Notes: generated from the sequence alone by a model not told the origin. Counted from the stretch's first letter, positions 1-12,513 are shown. The stretch is DNA of 42,712 nucleotides from Bigelowiella natans CCMP2755 (GCA_000320545.1 ADNK01001855.1:1-42712); one strand, 5' to 3'. Numbers and translations are program-made.

Positions 1-840
1 TCCAATGCTGATCCCGGTGCTATCACAACCTCACCCAACCCTGGTCCAAACTCTCACTCAAAACTGTGACTTTGACCCTCATCCAAGCCCTGGCTGAAAA
101 CCCTCATCACTTTTCGTGACTCTGGTCCTTATTTTTGCCCTGAAAAAAACCCTGGTCGATTTTTGCGACCAGTTTTCCTCACTTTGACCCTCGTTTCGAT
201 CGTCACTTAGGTCGTGGCCCAGGAAACCCCAACCCGCACCCTGATTCCAACGTCGATGTTGGTGTCTGACCCTGACCCCAAGTCCGATCTCGTTTCTGAC
301 GTGGACACGAAGCTTGATGGACCTGCACATTCTTTGGACACGACACGTGCTAAGCTGCGAGTCAAGAATGAGTGTGCCACATTGCGCAGATTTCGATCGA
401 GCAGAGTGCATGGCAATGGCGAAAGTGGCATTTCGTGTTTTGTTTGTGCAACTTGCGTTGCAAACAGTTGCACGACTTTGGTTCATTGTGTGAGTGTGAC
501 TCTGTTCATTTTGCTTTGCGATCAACAACGAGCGACTCCATGCAGCAACAATGTGTGGCAGCTGCGGGATGATGAGTCGCTGTGCCACAGGCGCACGAGC
601 GATGCCATGCATCAGCCACAGAGGTCAATGGGTTTGTAAGAAATGACATCATCGTGCGCGTGATCGTCTGCGTTTAGATTCCTTCGAAAATCACAAATTT
701 GCCAACTTGTCAATTTTGATCCTGAAAGTGCATGTCTCGATGTTGCAACATTTTGACCCTTGCTTCCTCAGACATTTCCTACCAGAATGAACATGCAAAA
801 TGTAAATGAGTGCAGGAATTGAAATGGTGATGTTCTGTGT
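1..840. repeat. TpA-depleted degenerate repeat-like block with (T/C)(G/A)ACCC telomere-like hexamer remnants
   Basis: About 8 TA dinucleotides in 840 nt by manual count. Recurrent aaccct/gaccct/tgaccctgacccc motifs in 1-290. Several overlapping ORFs on both strands are explained by the missing TAA/TAG. Confidence 0.5.
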
Positions 841-899
841 GATGGAATCTGTAGGACTATTTCGTTCTTCACATTTATGTGTGCACCTCTACCTCATGA

Positions 900-2566
900 A
901 AATAATTTATATCATTTTCCAGCAAAAATAAACACAGACAAAGCATTCAAAATGCACTTTACAACTTGAGCGAGGAGACGATCCAGCATAGCTGTCCCCA
1001 CCAATGATGATGATGATGATAGCGACGGTGACGATTCAGGAAGACTGTCAATCATCTGTGTTGGTGACATCAAATCGTGAACGCTGGGTAGAGCACGGTA
1101 GTATCGAGAATCACAAAAAACTGCTTCTATTATTTCGTTAAAACAGAATACCTGATCAGTTTCTACAATCGATAATTTGATCAGAGATTTGACGAATTCA
1201 TCATCCCATCCTCCCTGATTTTTGTTTTACGGTCGTGTTTTGTGTGTTTTCCGGCGTGTTCAGGAATAGTGCAAACCCCATGAGAGATGTAAACAAAGAC
1301 AGAAAGAGAGATAGAACTGACTATTCATGCCGTCTGGATATGATGTGTATAAATTTTATGGAAAATAAAAACAATTACCTCGATATTGTACTGAATTTGT
1401 GAGATATATTGATGAAGTACTTGGTATGTAAGTTCTCTTCCTACCGATCAAAGTACATCATAAATGACATCTGTAAAATTGGATATATTTGTGGTAGTTT
1501 CAGCATTCGTCGGGATGATGCTAATGAATTCCCTTTCTCACTACTGCTGCTGCTGCTGCTACTACTACTACTACTTACGTAACGAGCACTATTCTTAGTA
1601 CGCCGCTCCTTGTGACTGTGCTAGTAGTACTAAAATTGTGACTGATTTCCTCTAATCTACACCACGACAATATATCATCTATCGTCTTGAAGTAGCAATG
1701 CCATCGTACCTTCACAAGGATCTCTTACAACCAACCGAGTAAGAATACTTGAAAGCAGCTATAATTGTATTTTATTACATACACAGCATGATTAAAAACA
1801 CAGCCATATGTATGAAGACATGAAAAATTGAACCAATTCTTTTTTATGGAAAAATAATGTTTAAGAGTGAAAACAATAACACGATAGACTTGACACGAAG
1901 AAGGATGATCAATACTCAATGGTTACAAAAGAGAGATATCACGCTGCTACGTCGCCGTCATCATCCATTATGATAGATTGATAATTTATTCATCCATTAT
2001 GATGGATTGATTATTTATTCATCCACCATCATCAATCAGCACCAGCAGTATGACGAGTAGAAAATTTTGTGGACGCAGCGAACGATTTCATCATTTTATT
2101 TGTCGTATATGTTGATAAAGTACGTCTGTGTTACTCGATATAAATGGGTTGCTGCAAATTACATGCAACTATCATATTCATCACCGTTGTCGTCGTAATA
2201 ATCATTATTTACCATCGGTCAAAGTATGAATTCTACCCCACTAAATAACCTTTTGTTTGTATTTGTTTGTTTGTTGAATTGTCCACCTTCATGTCGTCAT
2301 TGTCATGTTTCCTTTCTTCAAATTCTTGTTGATGTTGTCTTTTATTATTGGTCGCAGCAGAGAGAATTGCCATACATACGATGCGGCAGATCTACAGAAA
2401 TAATTGGCCAACAATAGGTAAAACAATAACAATGGATATGATTTTAAAGCAAATCTTTGTTTTTACATATACATATCTTTTAATGGACAAAAATCTGGAA
2501 CATCCACTACACGCACAACCCGTATTATTCTCCAAATGCTCAATATAGATATTCAAATGATGAGTG

Positions 2567-2597
<31 letters not shown>

Positions 2598-2839
2598 TGA
2601 TAATTAAAGAGCATGCATATTTATGATAATAATATGATGCATACTACGAGTGAGAAACGCCAAAATGTTCGTTACTTGATGATCCAATTGATTGAGCATG
2701 CGAGTTGATAGTTGTCTTGCAAGTTCCTATTATTGTTTTATAGTAGTAGTAGCAGCAGCAGCAGCGACAGTTGTAAGTAGTAGTATCAGAGGTCCAGCAC
2801 CATATGTGATGATGACGGCATATATTTATTATATATACA

Positions 2840-2870
<31 letters not shown>

Positions 2871-2890
2871 ATGTGTTTCTATTCTCTCTT

Positions 2891-2922
<32 letters not shown>

Positions 2923-5900
2923 AACCAATCAACAAAGACTGACTTATTCTTTTCATGACTACTACTTATTCTGCTACTGCTGCTGGTAAAATGGTGAGTT
3001 AGGGTTAACTTTTGTATTATTTACCACAAGATAGAGATCCTTGTTCATTTTGCTACATGCAAGAATAGTCTCCTGAATCAACACAAGAAATATGAGTTGT
3101 TTCTGCATAAATAATACCATGATTCATCTCTTGAATATTTTTAGAAAAAAAGCTGTTTCCATCGCCTTTTTCTTTTGTAGTAATTGTAAATACTAAGGTT
3201 GATGATGATAATAATAAAAACAGCCATACCAGCATAACAGTGTCCAGAGAATGAAAAGATGATGCGTGTGCAATGCATTAGTTTTTTGAGGAAGGGAAGG
3301 AACAAGGAAAGAAGAAAGAGAAGGAATATGCAAGATGATAGTAGTAGTATGATATCATCATATTACCTCATAACATATCAACGTCCTTGGTTTGCTACTG
3401 CTGCTGCTGCTGCTGCTGCTGCTACTACGGCTTTTGCGAGATCCCCTAGTAATACTATTCCTTAAGATAATTCATCAAAACCAGAATCATCATTATCAGT
3501 TCTATCATTATCATCATCATCATCATCATCATCTTCGTCATCACGATGTTATCCTGATTGTCCTATACACGTCAAATCCTCCTCTTTTCCCCAATGAATC
3601 AATTTGATCATAGTTTTATACTTACCACTTTTCAAAGATGTTGATCACGTCTTGGAAATTTTCCTCTACATTCAGGAGCTGCATCACTTCTTCAACTTTC
3701 AACGCAAAAAACAACAAAAATCAATAAAATCAAATGCAATGACATAATAGTCGTAGCACTTTAGATTCACATATATTATTCACGTAGCTGCAGAATCAAT
3801 GAGCATACAATACGGATATCAGAATACAAATCATGTGAATATGGGCCACAATAATTACTAGTATTTGGTGTATTGGGATATCTGAAAGTAACCTGTTTTG
3901 CATTCTATTTTGACCCCCCCCTATGCAACGTGACAAAAATGAAAAGAAGTCAAAAGTGAGAACCATTGATGACGATGACAAGATAATGCTGCAAATTATG
4001 AAATATTTACTTAACTAAAGATGTGTGTAGACTAATCGTCAAATAACACACAAACACATGTAAGTGCATATATGCACATGTATTATTACACTCGCACTCT
4101 TGTAGAGCTACTACCGATGATGATGATGATGATCGAAGGATAATATGGGCAAGGATCTTTGTTGCATCTGATGATGCCGCTATCATCATTGTAGGAGGAG
4201 GGGGAGGAGAAGAAAATAACATCAGATGAATGATGACATCAATCAAGTGCTGCTATAGATGTAGGTGGTGTATCATAATGACGTGCTTCCTTCTCATTAG
4301 TGTTTGTTGTTGTCATCATTATCATCATCACAGTAATGCCCAAGCTAATATGTAGTAGTTGAAGCGTTTTGTTGAAATCTATTCAAATTATTCTCTCACC
4401 GCTTAATTAAATTTATTCTCTCACCGGATCTTCTCCAAACCAGAGCCATTTCCCCTCTGTTCTCTCTGGCTCTTCGATAAGATGAACAAATTGTGTGCAC
4501 AACGCTGTTTATGCACGATCCTGGCAGCTGCCAATTAGTAGAATATTGCTTCTTAGATATACTAAGAGAAATCAAATGGAAAACACTAATCGATAGTAGA
4601 ATCGATGAGTACAGCTTTGTGTGCAAAATACCACCACATCAATGCGTCGTTTCAAAAGAAGATATCACTAAGCATCGACCATCCTTATAATCTATTTTTT
4701 GGTTTTGTTTTTATTATTAGTTAATACTATTTCTGTTAAGATTTTTAATTTACCTTAATTCCCATATCATCCGCATCATCTACAAGTTCTTGAATCTGCA
4801 CAATAAATAAACAAATAAACAACAGAGGAGGAGGTGGAAACAAGATTCGGTGATTACAAGCTATTATCGTCAGCATCATTATCACAATTTGCATTGTTAC
4901 CGTTATCACATATTTCACTTCATATATCGATGATGTATCATTTAATAATATCGTACCATCATAACAGCTCTTTCGAACACAATGGTACTTTCGTCATCAT
5001 GCTCGTGATCATTAGTATATGATCTTGCAATGCTTTGTGCAGCATGTCCAGCAATAGCAAGTAGTAACTGTGATGCATGCCTAGGTTTGATGGAAGAAGA
5101 AGAAGAAGAAGAAGAAGAAGAAGAAGATAGTCGTCGCTGCTGCTGCTTCTTCTGCTTTGACCTCATCATCAACTTTGCATCATCACCATTGCTTCTCAAG
5201 AACTCATAGCTTTTCAACACAACTTGCTGTTCTGCCTCAGTAGAATAACTTTGCTGCATAAGAATTGCAATGGAAGGAGGTATGATTAAGCCGGAGGAGG
5301 ATGATGCTGAGGAGTTGGAGGATGATGCTGGTGCTGCTGATGACGACGACAGCCAAGGCAAGGAGGAGGCCAAAGCATTTCTTTCATGATGATAGTCTTC
5401 TTGCAGTTTATCATCATATTCTCCCTTTTCCTCCTCCTCTTTTCCACATCTCCTTGTTGCTGCTACTATTGCTCTCCACCTCTTCTTCTCCTTCTCTTCC
5501 ATGGTAATAGAACATGATGCAAAGTAGTTTGTCTGCCATACTCTTAGAGCAAAAAGAATATCGGTGCTGCTGCTGCTGCTGCTGCTTGAGCTTTCAACAC
5601 ATAATGCCTGAGGACCAGCATATATAATAACAACATATATTAAGAGAAAAGAAACAATTAATATATACTACCATCTTCATCCTACTACATCGTGCATATA
5701 TCACTTGCAATCATCTACCATCTAAAAACAGGGAAGGAAAAATGTAGTAGTGCAACTGATTATTATATCATATATTTATTACACTCACCGAGATCAAAGA
5801 TCCCACCATTTGCTTCGAGGATGATGATTTTGAAGTATGCATCTAACAATTAGTAGACAGCTTCCATATGAGATCATTGCGGTATGGACGATATTATCCA

Positions 5901-6812
5901 CGAATTCAAGAGGAAAGAAGAGAAAAGTATGGAAATATGTAGGAAGAAAACTACCCTTCGATTATGCTATATCATTTACTTAAACCGATGTTACGGATCT
6001 AATTCTACTACCCAAAAGCAAAAAAAATCGTTGCATTATACACACGCATGATGCATAACTACTACTATACGGGGTCATATCTCTCTATTTAATTCAATAT
6101 TACAGCTTTCTATTACCATTTGAATAGCAAACAAAACGGATAGAATGCCGTGAAGAGATGAAGAAGAAGAAGAAGAAAAATAAACTCGTTCCTCATCATC
6201 TACTCCTCTTCCTTTAGCATCATTAGTGACTTGTTGTCGCACTATAGTGTCATTTTTATCATCGCCATAGACTCCCATTCTTGTCGATGTGGAAGGGGTA
6301 ATATGCCCTCCTCCTCCTCCTCCTCCTCCTCCATTTCTTGCAGCCTTATTACTATTATTAGTCGTTGACGAGGAAGGAAGAAAAATAGAAAAGAAGGAAT
6401 TTGCTGCTGGACGTTGAGATGATTGGCACTTTTTCTTAGACAGAATTTCCTTTATTGCACTCTATGCAATTGCAAAAGAATGGAGTCAGAGAAAAGGAAA
6501 TAGTAGTTGTAGTAGTAGTAGCAGTAGCAGAAGAAGAAGAAGAAGAAGAAGAAGAAGAAGAAGAAGAAGGAGAGGAAGAAGAAGAAGGAGAAGAAGGAGG
6601 AGAATCAGTTCCAGTATTCATTTATTATTAATGAACAACAATCAATGATTTCAGTATTCATTTATTTATTAATGAATAACAATCAATGGTTATCGTAAGA
6701 AAATACAAGAAAAAGAAAAAAAAGAAAGATACTCGTCATACGACATTTAAATAGATGCTACATTATTCGAAGTAAAAATAACCTTGTTTTTATCGCTAAC
6801 AAATTCTTCTAT

Positions 6813-6871
<59 letters not shown>

Positions 6872-7117
6872 GCAGCAGCAGAGGAAATTTAGCATGAGGA
6901 GGAAGAACTAATTCAAAAAAATAGGAAAAGAAGAACGAAGATAGAAGAGAAAAAAGAAGAAGAAAATAATAGTTTTGCGGATAGTCGTGGTGGTAGTCTC
7001 CCCCTCACCTCGATTTCTGTTATTGAGGGAAATTGATCTGCCTCAATCATCATTCTGAATCAATATCGTATTATATTTCTCATGGAAATGTAGCCTTCTT
7101 AGACGACAAGCATGCAC

Positions 7118-7173
<56 letters not shown>

Positions 7174-7902
7174 AATACGCTCATGCGTGCATACACAAAT
7201 TACATTACACTGTGCGTCATGTGTTATTTGTTTGCACACCATCATCATCATCATACACACTTGCATACAAGCACTAAAAGAGAAAACACTTCCGCTTTTT
7301 CCCTCCCACCTCACTCCTTCGTCTTTCTTATCGAATTTGTATATCATCATCAAAAATAAAACTTCTAATCCTACTCAATTAAAGCTGGAATCGAATTTTC
7401 ATATCCATTCTGCACAATATTCATATTCATACGACGACGACGACGATGACGAGAAATGAATAATGAGATTGAGAAAATAATGTTGTGGATCGCTACGACA
7501 TCATCGTGATTATCTACTTTTTCTCTTTTTATCATTAATTTCATTATATTGTTGTGGTAACGAGAACACCACCTTACTTACCTTTGAGACAGCTGATAGC
7601 AGCCCTCTAAACATTGAATATGAAGGATCAAATCCCAAACTTAGCATTTGCTCTAATATCTGGCCAGTTATTATTCACAGTGATAAATATAGGTTAGGCA
7701 TTCATACAAATACCATATTTACTTGATAATCAATAGTTCTATGTGCGTCATTAGTGGTGGGTGGCGATTCTGGTAGTATCGTAGAGAAGCAGCATCATAT
7801 CTTCATCAACTCTCAAACTATATAATTTCGAAATGATCAGAGAGAAAAGACACAAATGTCGTGATAATACATAATTGAGCAATAGTTTTCAAATTACGAT
7901 GC

Positions 7903-7945
<43 letters not shown>

Positions 7946-8768
7946 AATCGAATTATAAGCGAGGCCCTGACTCAACATAAGTTTGGTATTTAATGCAGGA
8001 TGATGACTAATATCACACCTCCACCATCAAACCAGAATGAATACCATCAAACCAGAATAAATGAATTTTTGTATTATTACCCCTCTCGCCTGTGCGACAT
8101 GATTGTTTTCCATCAGAGGTCTGAATAACTTTTCGAACGTTACTGCTTTGGCCTCAACCTTTACAGTTGAGAATAATAAAAATAAGAACAAGAATCGGCA
8201 GTGTAGCTTCAATGAAAAATACATTGTTCATTACCATATTTTAATACTATGATCATCACCTCAAATCGATGCATAAGTTCCACAATCCTCTGGATATTCT
8301 GACAAATGATGAGTAGAAAGTGGTAATAACCAACCATCAAATTATATGGAGGATTAAAGAAGGAATGACAATCACATTCAATACCAATGATGATAGATAT
8401 CGTAAAAAAAATAAATAATAATACATGTTGGTAGGTAGATGGTGTTGGGGTCCACCATCACATGATATACCACCTTGATATCTCCATTTTTTGCAGATGT
8501 AGTCAGAACCTAATTGGGTGAAGTTAGAAGAATAAATGCAAAGGATCACAATCACAAATTTCATAGAATAATAAACGCAAAGGATCACAATGACAAATTT
8601 CACACTAATGAAATTCGTGCAGGCAGTGTTAGCAAATCAAGTGTTGGAAAACCAAACCAGGCTATTATTACCATCTCAAAAGCGCTAAGTGAGGGCCTGT
8701 ACTTGAAGTCGAGTATCTGTTGGAATGTCCGCATGACTGCCACTGTGTCACCTTTTCGGTAGTAGGCC

Positions 8769-8799
<31 letters not shown>

Positions 8800-10043
8800 T
8801 ATTGTATAAATCATCATCATTTGAAATAGCTGCCAGTATTATGTCGCATGCATTAGTATAATGGCAATTCTGATATCATCTATCATAATCGTATTATTTT
8901 AGACCTTGAGTGCATACTCACAAGTTGGATATCTCGGTTTGAGTTTATGAGACTGCATCATATCGTTCATGACTCGCAACACAGCATCCGGTCGTCTTGC
9001 ATCGTAGAAATGTTCCATCATGATTTCATAGGTTTCGACGTTAGGTTTGATGCCTGCTAGTCGTAGTGAACAGATGAGATTATCATCATCATATGGGCAG
9101 CATCATTCAACAGATGAGATTATCATCATCATATGGGCAGCATCATTCAACAGATGAGATTATCATCATCATATGGGCAGCATCATTCAACAGATGAGAT
9201 TATCATCATCATATGGGCAGCATCATTCAACAGGTGAGATTATCATCATCACATGGGCAGCATCATTCACATTTAAAGGTGGTTTACTGACCGTATGTCA
9301 GCATTTCGCGATACAAAGGTTGCATGTGGTCTACACGGCCTCTAATTTAATAAACATCACTTATTAAACGAAAATTCGCGTTATAGTTTCTATAGTTTTT
9401 ACAACCTTTTCCCGTGTAAATCAATAATCATGTTCCAAACGTAAACATTGCACAATGGCCTATAACGTATTGCACAAGTATTGAGAATAACATATTGCAT
9501 CAGTACTGAGAGTAGTTTCAATGTTTTAACTTGAAAGTCGACCGACCACTTTTTGATATGGTAGAACAGTTCAACGCTCCTACTAAACATGCCCTCCTTA
9601 GTGAAATTCTGTACAAGGATTGGTGGTGATTACAAGGGATTATGAGCTCAAGAGTTGTTACACATACATCTTTGGAAGTAATAATGCACCACTTGCCTTG
9701 AATTGCGCCAACTTCCGCATTTGTTCCTCTATTCTAGGCGGCGGAAGCGTATCATGCTGAGAAGAGAATATAGGATGAGTTTGTACTCCTTTTTGGACTG
9801 CTGTGTCCAACAAATTACATACTCCTTTTTGAACTACTGCTGTATCTAACAAATTACATGGACAGATGTGCCTGAAAGACGACGCCTGTGCTTTCTTGTG
9901 ACGGAAATTGACAGAGAAGGCTTCTTCTTCGCGTCCTGTAAGCCACTCAGCAGCTTGTGATACTTCATTCGCTGTCCGTTGAGCAGTGTTTCTGATGATA
10001 AAGCTGGAATGGACAAGTGAATGCGCCGCATGCTGGTTGACAT
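900..10043 (-). CDS. Pentatricopeptide repeat (PPR) protein, many exons; both ends approximate, and the 3' exons could belong to a separate gene
   Basis: Spliced exons give consecutive PPR-like motifs: NVYVWNMIIDLHGK|RGRVDHMQPLYREMLTYG|IKPNVETYEIMMEHFYDARRPDAVLRVMNDMMQSHKLKP (about 9450-8905), AYYRKGDTVAVMRTFQQILDFKYRPSLSAFEM (about 8768-8672) and ILEQMLSLGFDPSYSMFRGLLSAVSK (about 7660-7583). The candidate start MSTSMRRIHLSIPALSS at 10043 is S/R-rich, like a transit peptide. Further GT-AG bounded exons continue to about 900. Confidence 0.75.
9071..9269. repeat. Minisatellite, 5 x 40 bp, in a PPR intron
   Basis: Unit cagatgagattatcatcatcatatgggcagcatcattcaa repeated head to tail: four identical copies and one variant. 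Confidence 0.95.
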
Positions 10044-10175
10044 CGATTCCTGGAATCCAATTGAACGAGCACCCAGGGGTGTAGTTGGTAAAAATGAAAT
10101 CGAGCTTCCTGGATGACGATTGTTGAGATCCACCCGTCGATCGAGCACCAAGGAGGAGGAGTAAAAAGTCTGTAA

Positions 10176-10201
10176 CCGAGACGAGATTCGAACTTGCGTC
10201 T
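10176..10201 (-). pseudogene. Diverged copy of the tRNA-Leu 3' part (T arm/B box plus 3' acceptor strand)
   Basis: cgagacgagattcgaacttgcg here versus cgagacaagattcgaacttgcg in the tRNA. Followed by T5 on the minus strand. Confidence 0.7.
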
Positions 10202-10239
10202 GTTTAAGAATGTAAAAAATGTAAAAATGAAAAAAGTAA

Positions 10240-10321
10240 TACACGAGACAAGATTCGAACTTGCGCCTCCGAAGAGATATGGGCCTAAACCATACGCCTT
10301 AAACCGCTCGGCCACCCGTGC
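10240..10321 (-). tRNA. trnL-UAG: tRNA-Leu (anticodon UAG), intronless, long variable arm
   Basis: Reverse complement GCACGGGTGGCCGAGCGGTTTAAGGCGTATGGTTTAGGCCCATATCTCTTCGGAGGCGCAAGTTCGAATCTTGTCTCGTGTA. It has an A box, anticodon stem TATGG/CCATA around loop TT-TAG-GC, and a GTTCGAATC B box. A T6 Pol III terminator follows. Confidence 0.95.
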
Positions 10322-10851
10322 GTAGTGTTGTTGTGCAAGTTGTTTGAAATATATTTACCGACATAATATTATACACAATTAAATATAAAGGTTAGTTGTA
10401 GTTAGCGACAACATATGCCAAAAAAAAATGACAAGTTTTTCAAAAAATCTCATGAGACTTTCTCGAACCCAGGTTCTCAGTAAGGAAGCAATACACCGAG
10501 CACTTGCGTCTTCCAGAATATTCTATCATATTTTACTCCATAGAGAAACGGAAAAGTTGGAACATGTTTCCTTTTCCAACAAATTTTATCATCAAACCCC
10601 TATGTTTTGTCCATCAATTTTTCTAAATTGTTCACCTTAAGTTGAACGATTATCCAGAGACGACGAAGCTGAATGGCGCAATCTAACTACCGATTTCTCA
10701 AATTATGATGACGTTACTGGAGAACAGCCTACACTTTATGCAATAACCTTCCCCTTGCCTCGACTACGAGTAGTCTACCTACATATATACCCCTGCCTCG
10801 AAAAGACGAAAGGACGAGCAAGGCGTCTCATTGTGGTGTTGGTTGACAATA

Positions 10852-12513
10852 ATGTCCTTCGATTTTTCGAGAAGAAGTCTAGGGGACTTAGATGGAACTA
10901 GTATAGATTCAGAGGACGACTCACTATTGGCAGAGCAGAAGGCTAAGGCTCGGGATCAACGTGGAACGAGCTCGGAAGGCACTTTCTGTCCTCCCGTCGA
11001 GGATAACCGTCATGGGGTACATAAAATGCGGGAAGTCGGAGATGTGTTCGAATTCTTATTGATTCTTTTGGGACTAGGTTGTACTTGCTGACAGCAATCA
11101 AATTATTACACATTGCAACAGCACTTTCGTAGAGCTCACAGGTACACCAATCGTTCTTAGAAGATGACATCTTAATTGTGTTAACAACTCTGAAACAATG
11201 TTCACCAGGCTATACAATTGATGATGTGATTGGGAAGAACTGCCGGATATTACAGGGCGAGAAAACTGATAAGAAAACCGTTGATTTCATGCGGGCACAC
11301 CTTAAGCGCGGTGAAGGATGCCAGGTAACACATTGGATGAATGGGCGATTTAGGAGAAATCATGATATCTACATTTTATGAGTTTGCGCTTTCCATGCTC
11401 AAAACTTATCAACCCGAGTGCAATATTGTGACGTTTTACAGTGAGTATGGGTGCTCACCCACTCACATTATTTCTTTCCTAATGTAAAGTGATGATTCTT
11501 AACTATCGCAAAAATGATGTTTCTCTCCTAATATGTGAAGGCGATGATTCTAAAATAGGCATCTTACATTTTTTCTTTCCTAATATGTGAAGGTGATGAT
11601 TCTTAACTATCGCAAAAATGGCGCACCCTTTTGGAACTGCCTTAGCATACAGCCCCTGCTCGATAGAGAGGGTAGAATAACTAGATTCGTTGGCATTCAG
11701 ATTCCTCGTACAGAATCTGTGAGTCGGTTTGGACCCGTATTGCCGTGGAAGCAGAATTTAGTTAAAAAGGAGATAGGTAGAGGAGACAAAGATTTGCATG
11801 AGTTAGGTGAGGATACTTGGGATGCGAACGTATTTGAACTGAAAATTGACAAGGAAAAGATGGTGAAGAAAAGGAAGAAAGCTGCCATGCTGCCGCGACA
11901 TGACGTTTCTTTCGTAGCAGAAACATTGCTACCTACAGAGAAAGGCCACTTTCGTGTAAGAGCCTACAAGGACAACGTTACAAAGCAAGAGATTATGTGT
12001 ATAATATTCGGGAAAGTTGAGGGTGGTGTGAATGTGCATGTGCGTTGTCATGATCAGTGCTTTACTTCCGAAGTTCTCGGATCAATGAAGTGCGATTGCA
12101 AGCAGCAATTAGACTTTTCAATGCGACATATTCGTGAACAGAAATCGGGAATGATAATATACTTGCCTCAAGAAGGTCGGGGAATGGGATTAGCTCACAA
12201 AATTAAAGCGTATTCTGTCCAGGAGCATGGTTACGATACGGTAGATGCTAACCTCATTCTTGGATTCCCAGACGACTCAAGAACTTACGGCTGCGTCCCG
12301 TCCATACTTCAAGAATTAAATATTAAAAGCATTAAATTGATGACTAATAATCCGAGGAAAATTTCCCATCTAAACGCTTTAGGAGTTAGCGTTGAGGGAA
12401 GAGTTCCTGTTATTATACAATCTAATTTCCATAGTCGATTGTATCTTCATACAAAACACTCGCGCCAAGGTCATATGGATATTGGATCCGACGACATTAC
12501 AGAGTTAAAATAA
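10852..12513 (+). CDS. ribA: LOV (flavin-binding PAS) domain - GTP cyclohydrolase II fusion, 421 aa; exons 10852-11016, 11078-11141, 11209-11324, 11593-12513
   Basis: Three GT-AG introns (phases 0, 1, 0) join VVLADSNQIITHCNSTFVELTG|YTIDDVIGKNCRILQGEKTD...CQ|VMILNYRKNGAPFWNCLSIQPLLDREGRITRFVGIQ, a complete LOV domain. It is followed by RCHDQCFTSEVLGSMKCDC...QEGRGMGLAHKIKAY...DTVDAN...DSRTY...LMTNNPRK, the GCH II motifs with three Zn-binding Cys. Confidence 0.95.
11470..11620 (+). repeat. Three tandem degenerate copies of the intron-3 acceptor plus the start of exon 4
   Basis: tttct(t/c)tcctaat(at)gt(g/a)aag-(g)(t/c)gatgattct occurs at about 11471, 11520 and 11572. Copy 1 also repeats taactatcgcaaaaatg. 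Confidence 0.9.

Noticed and set aside
79-639. Four overlapping ORFs as real genes
   Set aside because: Explained by the absence of TA, and hence of TAA/TAG stops. No recognisable domain.
9071-9269. 40-bp repeats as a CRISPR array
   Set aside because: Head-to-tail identical units with no unique spacers, inside a eukaryotic intron, with no cas genes.
10176-10240. tRNA 3' duplication as a prophage or integrative element att site
   Set aside because: Only about 40 nt lie between the copies and there is no integrase.
10330-10851. FMN riboswitch upstream of the riboflavin gene
   Set aside because: I could not find the RFN consensus by eye, and FMN riboswitches are not known in eukaryotic nuclei.
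11587-12513. Stand-alone 308-aa RibA starting at GTG 11587
   Set aside because: It begins mid-LOV at an AG acceptor, and upstream exons complete the domain in frame.
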